Shown one piece after another: positions 5,978-8,000 of a DNA stretch of 8,000 nt. Position numbers and translations under genes: made by a program. Source of the stretch: a virus; IMG/VR virus record IMGVR_UViG_3300008807_000528, positions 1 to 8,000 of that record. The stretch is one strand, 5' to 3'. Position 1 is the first letter of the stretch. The number at the start of each line of letters is the position of its first letter. The notes beneath the pieces were generated by a model, which did no database searches, had not been told where the DNA came from, and saw only the letters and a list, made by a program, of their open reading frames with translations.

Positions 5978-6220
5978 CTACCTAGCGCGATTGCTTCTGT
6001 CCTGTTGCGGCTGAACAGATAGAGATGGCGGTGAGGAAGGGCGCTGCTGTTGAATCGCCTGAGCTGCAGCGTTGCTACTGGCAACCTCTAGACGGTGCGA
6101 AATGAGGGCCTCGTAACCAAAAAACAGCATGGTGCCGCCGAGGAAAATACCCAACGCCAGCTTCACCACATCAACGAGAAAAAACCAGGTGCTATCGGGC
6201 CGGTAGATGATTCGGTGCAT
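5978..6220 (-). CDS. 80-aa single-pass membrane protein, candidate accessory (moron) gene
   Basis: ATG at 6220 is preceded by a strong RBS, AGGAGGAAGGGGC. The sequence MHRIIYRPDSTWFFLVDVVKLALGIFLGGTMLFFGYEALI... has one TM segment and a Gln/Ser/Pro-rich tail. The 117-aa ORF-track version would start inside or upstream of terminator T2, so I reject it. Confidence 0.55.
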   Translation of the reverse strand: MHRIIYRPDSTWFFLVDVVKLALGIFLGGTMLFFGYEALISHRLEVASSNAAAQAIQQQRPSSPPSLSVQPQQDRSNRAR

Positions 6221-6260
6221 GCCCCTTCCTCCTTTTGGCAAGCACGATAGCAGCAAAAAC

Positions 6261-6285
6261 AAAGGCCCCGAGCAGGGGCCTTTTT
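6261..6285 (-). terminator. Rho-independent terminator T2 ending the long minus-strand operon (also has a T-run on the plus strand)
   Basis: AAAGGCCCC (6261-6269) pairs with GGGGCCTTT (6275-6283) around the loop GAGCA. On the minus strand the hairpin is followed by TTTGTTTTTG. The stem sequence is nearly identical to that of T1. Confidence 0.65.
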
Positions 6286-6339
6286 CATTGGGGTGAGCAT
6301 CGAGGGCATAACACCGGCCCGGATAGAACAACAGTTGAC

Positions 6340-6356
6340 ATGGGGCGTCGCCCCAT
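6340..6356. other. 17-nt odd palindrome ATGGGGCG-T-CGCCCCAT, a potential ssDNA hairpin in the noncoding region
   Basis: The palindrome is perfect around the central T. It sits in the 125-nt noncoding stretch 6286-6410, next to a C4/C4/C4 tract (6351-6366). Confidence 0.5.
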
Positions 6357-6410
6357 ACCCCACCCCACCACTACGACACAAGGTCTCCGTTCCAGGGGAC
6401 CCCTTGCCGA

Positions 6411-6509
6411 TCAGTCAAAAGGGTTGCGGACCTTGCGCCAAAGGTAGCCGCCGAACGCACCAAGAACCACCGCGACAGCGCAGCTTGCCAACATTTCAAA
6501 CAGGTCCAT
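6411..6509 (-). CDS. 32-aa hydrophobic peptide (hypothetical)
   Basis: Hand translation gives MDLFEMLASCAVAVVLGAFGGYLWRKVRNPFD. The RBS GGAG lies 5 nt upstream of the ATG. It has one TM-like segment and is the last ORF before terminator T2. Confidence 0.4.
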   Translation of the reverse strand: MDLFEMLASCAVAVVLGAFGGYLWRKVRNPFD

Positions 6510-6536
6510 GAGCGCTCCAGTGCAACAGCCAGATGA

Positions 6537-6594
6537 GTGTAACTGAGCACCGCGGCCGCTGTAACAGCAGACGTGGCGCAGCTGGGTGTAACTG
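6537..6594 (+). repeat. Intergenic triple-motif cluster: GTGTAACTG-N13-CTGTAACAG-N18-GTGTAACTG
   Basis: The motifs lie at 6537-6545, 6559-6567 and 6586-6594, inside the 88-nt gap between two micro-ORFs. This is copy B of the bipartite site seen at 4748-4778. Confidence 0.85.
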
Positions 6595-6597
6595 AAC

Positions 6598-6678
6598 TCA
6601 CAGACCGATGAACCGAAGAACCTTGCGCACGATGGAGCGCACCACGGTGTTGACGATGGTGCGCCAAAGGTACTTCAT
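6598..6678 (-). CDS. 26-aa basic amphipathic peptide (hypothetical), translationally coupled to zot
   Basis: ATG 6678-6676 overlaps the Zot TGA (6677-6675) as ATGA. The peptide is MKYLWRTIVNTVVRSIVRKVLRFIGL. Evidence beyond the coupling is weak. Confidence 0.3.
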   Translation of the reverse strand: MKYLWRTIVNTVVRSIVRKVLRFIGL

Positions 6679-8000
6679 TGCAGGTTGCCCCGGCCACCGG
6701 CATAGGAGGGGTTTTTGAGGCGCAGCGCAGCAGTGAGGTCTGCAGGCGATATCTGGCCCTCTTGCGGCCGCTGAAACTCGGGCATGGGAACGGTGCGCGC
6801 TGGTGCTGCAGCGGCGCCATGGCCCTGGCGATCGCGGCCCACTTCGACCACGATAGGCTTGTCTGCGGACCACTGGGCCATGGCAGGGGCATCACAGGTG
6901 ATGGCGCGCGGCTTGCCTTCCCATCGGAGGGTGCCGGCGCAGTCGGTGAGGGGTTGCCACACGTAGCCCATCTTTTGGAGGTCGCGGCTGTCCATCGTGC
7001 TCACGCGCTGGTTACTGTTGCTGATGGTGAACGTGTACACGTCCTGGCCCCGAAAGGTAATGCGGCCAGTCAGGTGCATGGTCTTGCCGGCGTAGGGCTC
7101 AGGCGTAGCGTTTGGATCGGGCTCAGAGGGCCTTTGCACAGGTGAGGGTGCCGTGCCATTGGCCAACTGGTTTGCAGGGATTGGAGAGGCGACAGGCGGG
7201 GTTGCTGGGGCCGTTGCCTTGCTCACCTTTGCCGATGGTGCAGGCTTGGGCTTTTTAGCCTTGTCGGAGGGCCAGAGGTACCAGACGGCTGCAGCGGCAG
7301 TGAGGCCCCACCAGATCCAGGTGAAACGCCGAAATTTGACGATAAAGGGGGTAACGTCCGATGCGGCCGATTCGGCCACGCTGTTGCCTTGCGTGTGGCT
7401 TTTGTAGAGCTGGAAATACTGGGGTTTGTAGGGGCGCTCCTCTTCGCTGATGACGGCCCCTCGGTAGCCCGCATGGACCTTGCGGATGTAGCAGCCCTTT
7501 TTGCCGAGGATGTCCGCTTTTCGGCAGCGGATCAGCATGGCGATGAGGCGGGCGATGGGCTGGTTCATGTCCCGGAAACTCTGGGTCATGAGCAGCACAT
7601 CGGCGTTGAAGTGGCGGTGCAGCTTGAACCACTCCACCACCTGTTTATCGGTGCCCTGCTGAGGGATGGGCACGTGGCATTCGTCGATGACGAAGAGAGG
7701 TCCCTGACCGGTGTAAGGGTGCTTCCAGTCGCTGAGGTAGTCCCACACATGGCCGAACACCGATACGCCTTCGCCGGGCTGTTCTTTGCGGCCATCTTCA
7801 AACAGGGTGACAGCTTGACCGTTGCCCTTGTCGTCGACGGCTGCGGCGTTCCAGACGCCAAGCACTGGGCGAGGCTTCACCAGCACTTCAACCAGGTCGG
7901 TGTAACTGGGATCGATGGCCGCGAACATCTGGACCTGCAGGGGCAAGTTCGTGATGACCTTGCGGCCTTTTTTGAGCGCATCGAGCACGTGATACACGAC
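6675..8000 (-). CDS. Zot/pI-like assembly ATPase (5' end runs off the window; the full gene is 458 aa once 1-150 is joined)
   Basis: It has Walker B-like LFVIDECH and a central TM segment, FTWIWWGLTAAAAVWYLW, followed by a Pro/Ala-rich periplasmic domain. The Walker A motif lies in the wrap-around part (1-150). The ORF-track start at 7997 is an internal GTG (Val19). Confidence 0.9.
   Translation of the reverse strand, partial: VVYHVLDALKKGRKVITNLPLQVQMFAAIDPSYTDLVEVLVKPRPVLGVWNAAAVDDKGNGQAVTLFEDGRKEQPGEGVSVFGHVWDYLSDWKHPYTGQGPLFVIDECHVPIPQQGTDKQVVEWFKLHRHFNADVLLMTQSFRDMNQPIARLIAMLIRCRKADILGKKGCYIRKVHAGYRGAVISEEERPYKPQYFQLYKSHTQGNSVAESAASDVTPFIVKFRRFTWIWWGLTAAAAVWYLWPSDKAKKPKPAPSAKVSKATAPATPPVASPIPANQLANGTAPSPVQRPSEPDPNATPEPYAGKTMHLTGRITFRGQDVYTFTISNSNQRVSTMDSRDLQKMGYVWQPLTDCAGTLRWEGKPRAITCDAPAMAQWSADKPIVVEVGRDRQGHGAAAAPARTVPMPEFQRPQEGQISPADLTAALRLKNPSYAGGRGNLQ
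7900..7908 (+). repeat. GTGTAACTG motif copy (within the 17-mer CCAGGTCGGTGTAACTG, 7892-7908); its last 7 nt recur at 1-7
   Basis: Exact 9-mer. The 17-mer is identical to 4740-4756. Confidence 0.8.
7902..8000. repeat. Terminal redundancy, copy 2 (identical to 1-99)
   Basis: Direct base-by-base comparison shows 99/99 identity at an offset of 7,901 nt. Confidence 0.97.

Larger units (their letters stand above)
1..8000. mobile_element. Filamentous phage (inovirus-like) genome unit of 7,901 bp; the window covers one full unit plus a 99-nt wrap-around
   Basis: Canonical inovirus gene order on one strand (rep, ssb, small ORFs, major coat, pIII-like, pVI-like, Zot/pI). A divergent repressor is present. 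Positions 1-99 are identical to 7902-8000. Confidence 0.9.

Noticed and set aside
6221-6331. The upstream part of the 117-aa ORF 5978-6331.
   Set aside because: It would read through terminator hairpin T2 (6261-6285). The internal ATG at 6220 has a very strong RBS, so I prefer the 80-aa version.
4748-7908. GGTGTAACTG resembles the Tus-binding Ter core GTTGTAAC(T)A in about 8 of 10 positions, and all copies share one orientation, like polar fork traps.
   Set aside because: Tus/Ter is, to my knowledge, confined to enterobacteria-like hosts. The flanking Ter positions are not matched, and the CTGTAACAG variant does not fit. I keep it only as a remote alternative, testable with fork-arrest assays.
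1-8000. A search for tRNA, rRNA, CRISPR arrays, integrase/transposase genes and a secretin (pIV) gene.
   Set aside because: None was found. There are no regularly spaced repeats with unique spacers, no cloverleaf-like segments that I could recognise, and no ORF with recombinase or secretin characteristics. All large ORFs are accounted for by the inovirus modules.

Overview
The window holds slightly more than one copy of a 7,901-bp filamentous-phage (Inoviridae-like) genome. Positions 1-99 are identical to 7902-8000, so the source is either a circular replicon shown with wrap-around or a head-to-tail tandem prophage. The DNA is GC-rich. Almost all genes lie on the minus strand in one tightly packed operon with ATGA or TGATG stop/start overlaps. 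Reading down the minus strand from a divergent control region at 5401-5517, the order is: a 277-aa unknown protein, a Rep_trans-type rolling-circle initiator, a putative ssDNA-binding protein, two small ORFs (one a 43-aa zinc ribbon missing from the ORF track), a 107-aa membrane protein, the major coat protein, a 32-aa hydrophobic ORF, a pIII-like adsorption protein, a pVI-like protein, a Zot/pI assembly ATPase that spans the wrap point, and two micro-ORFs. A terminator follows, then an 80-aa membrane-protein 'moron' sitting between two look-alike terminator hairpins. The only plus-strand gene encodes a 144-aa HTH repressor-like protein; its 3' end lies in a sharply AT-rich island. I found no integrase, secretin, tRNA, rRNA or CRISPR. 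Three things deserve most attention. First, a strand-polarised 9-mer family (GTGTAACTG x5, CTGTAACAG x3) includes two bipartite sites with identical 13-nt spacing. Second, the 277-aa lead gene carries most of those motifs and has a motif order that, by eye, resembles a degenerate C5-cytosine-methyltransferase fold. Third, an intergenic triple-motif cluster lies downstream of the assembly gene. All functional calls come from by-eye motif and synteny reasoning; no database searches were run.
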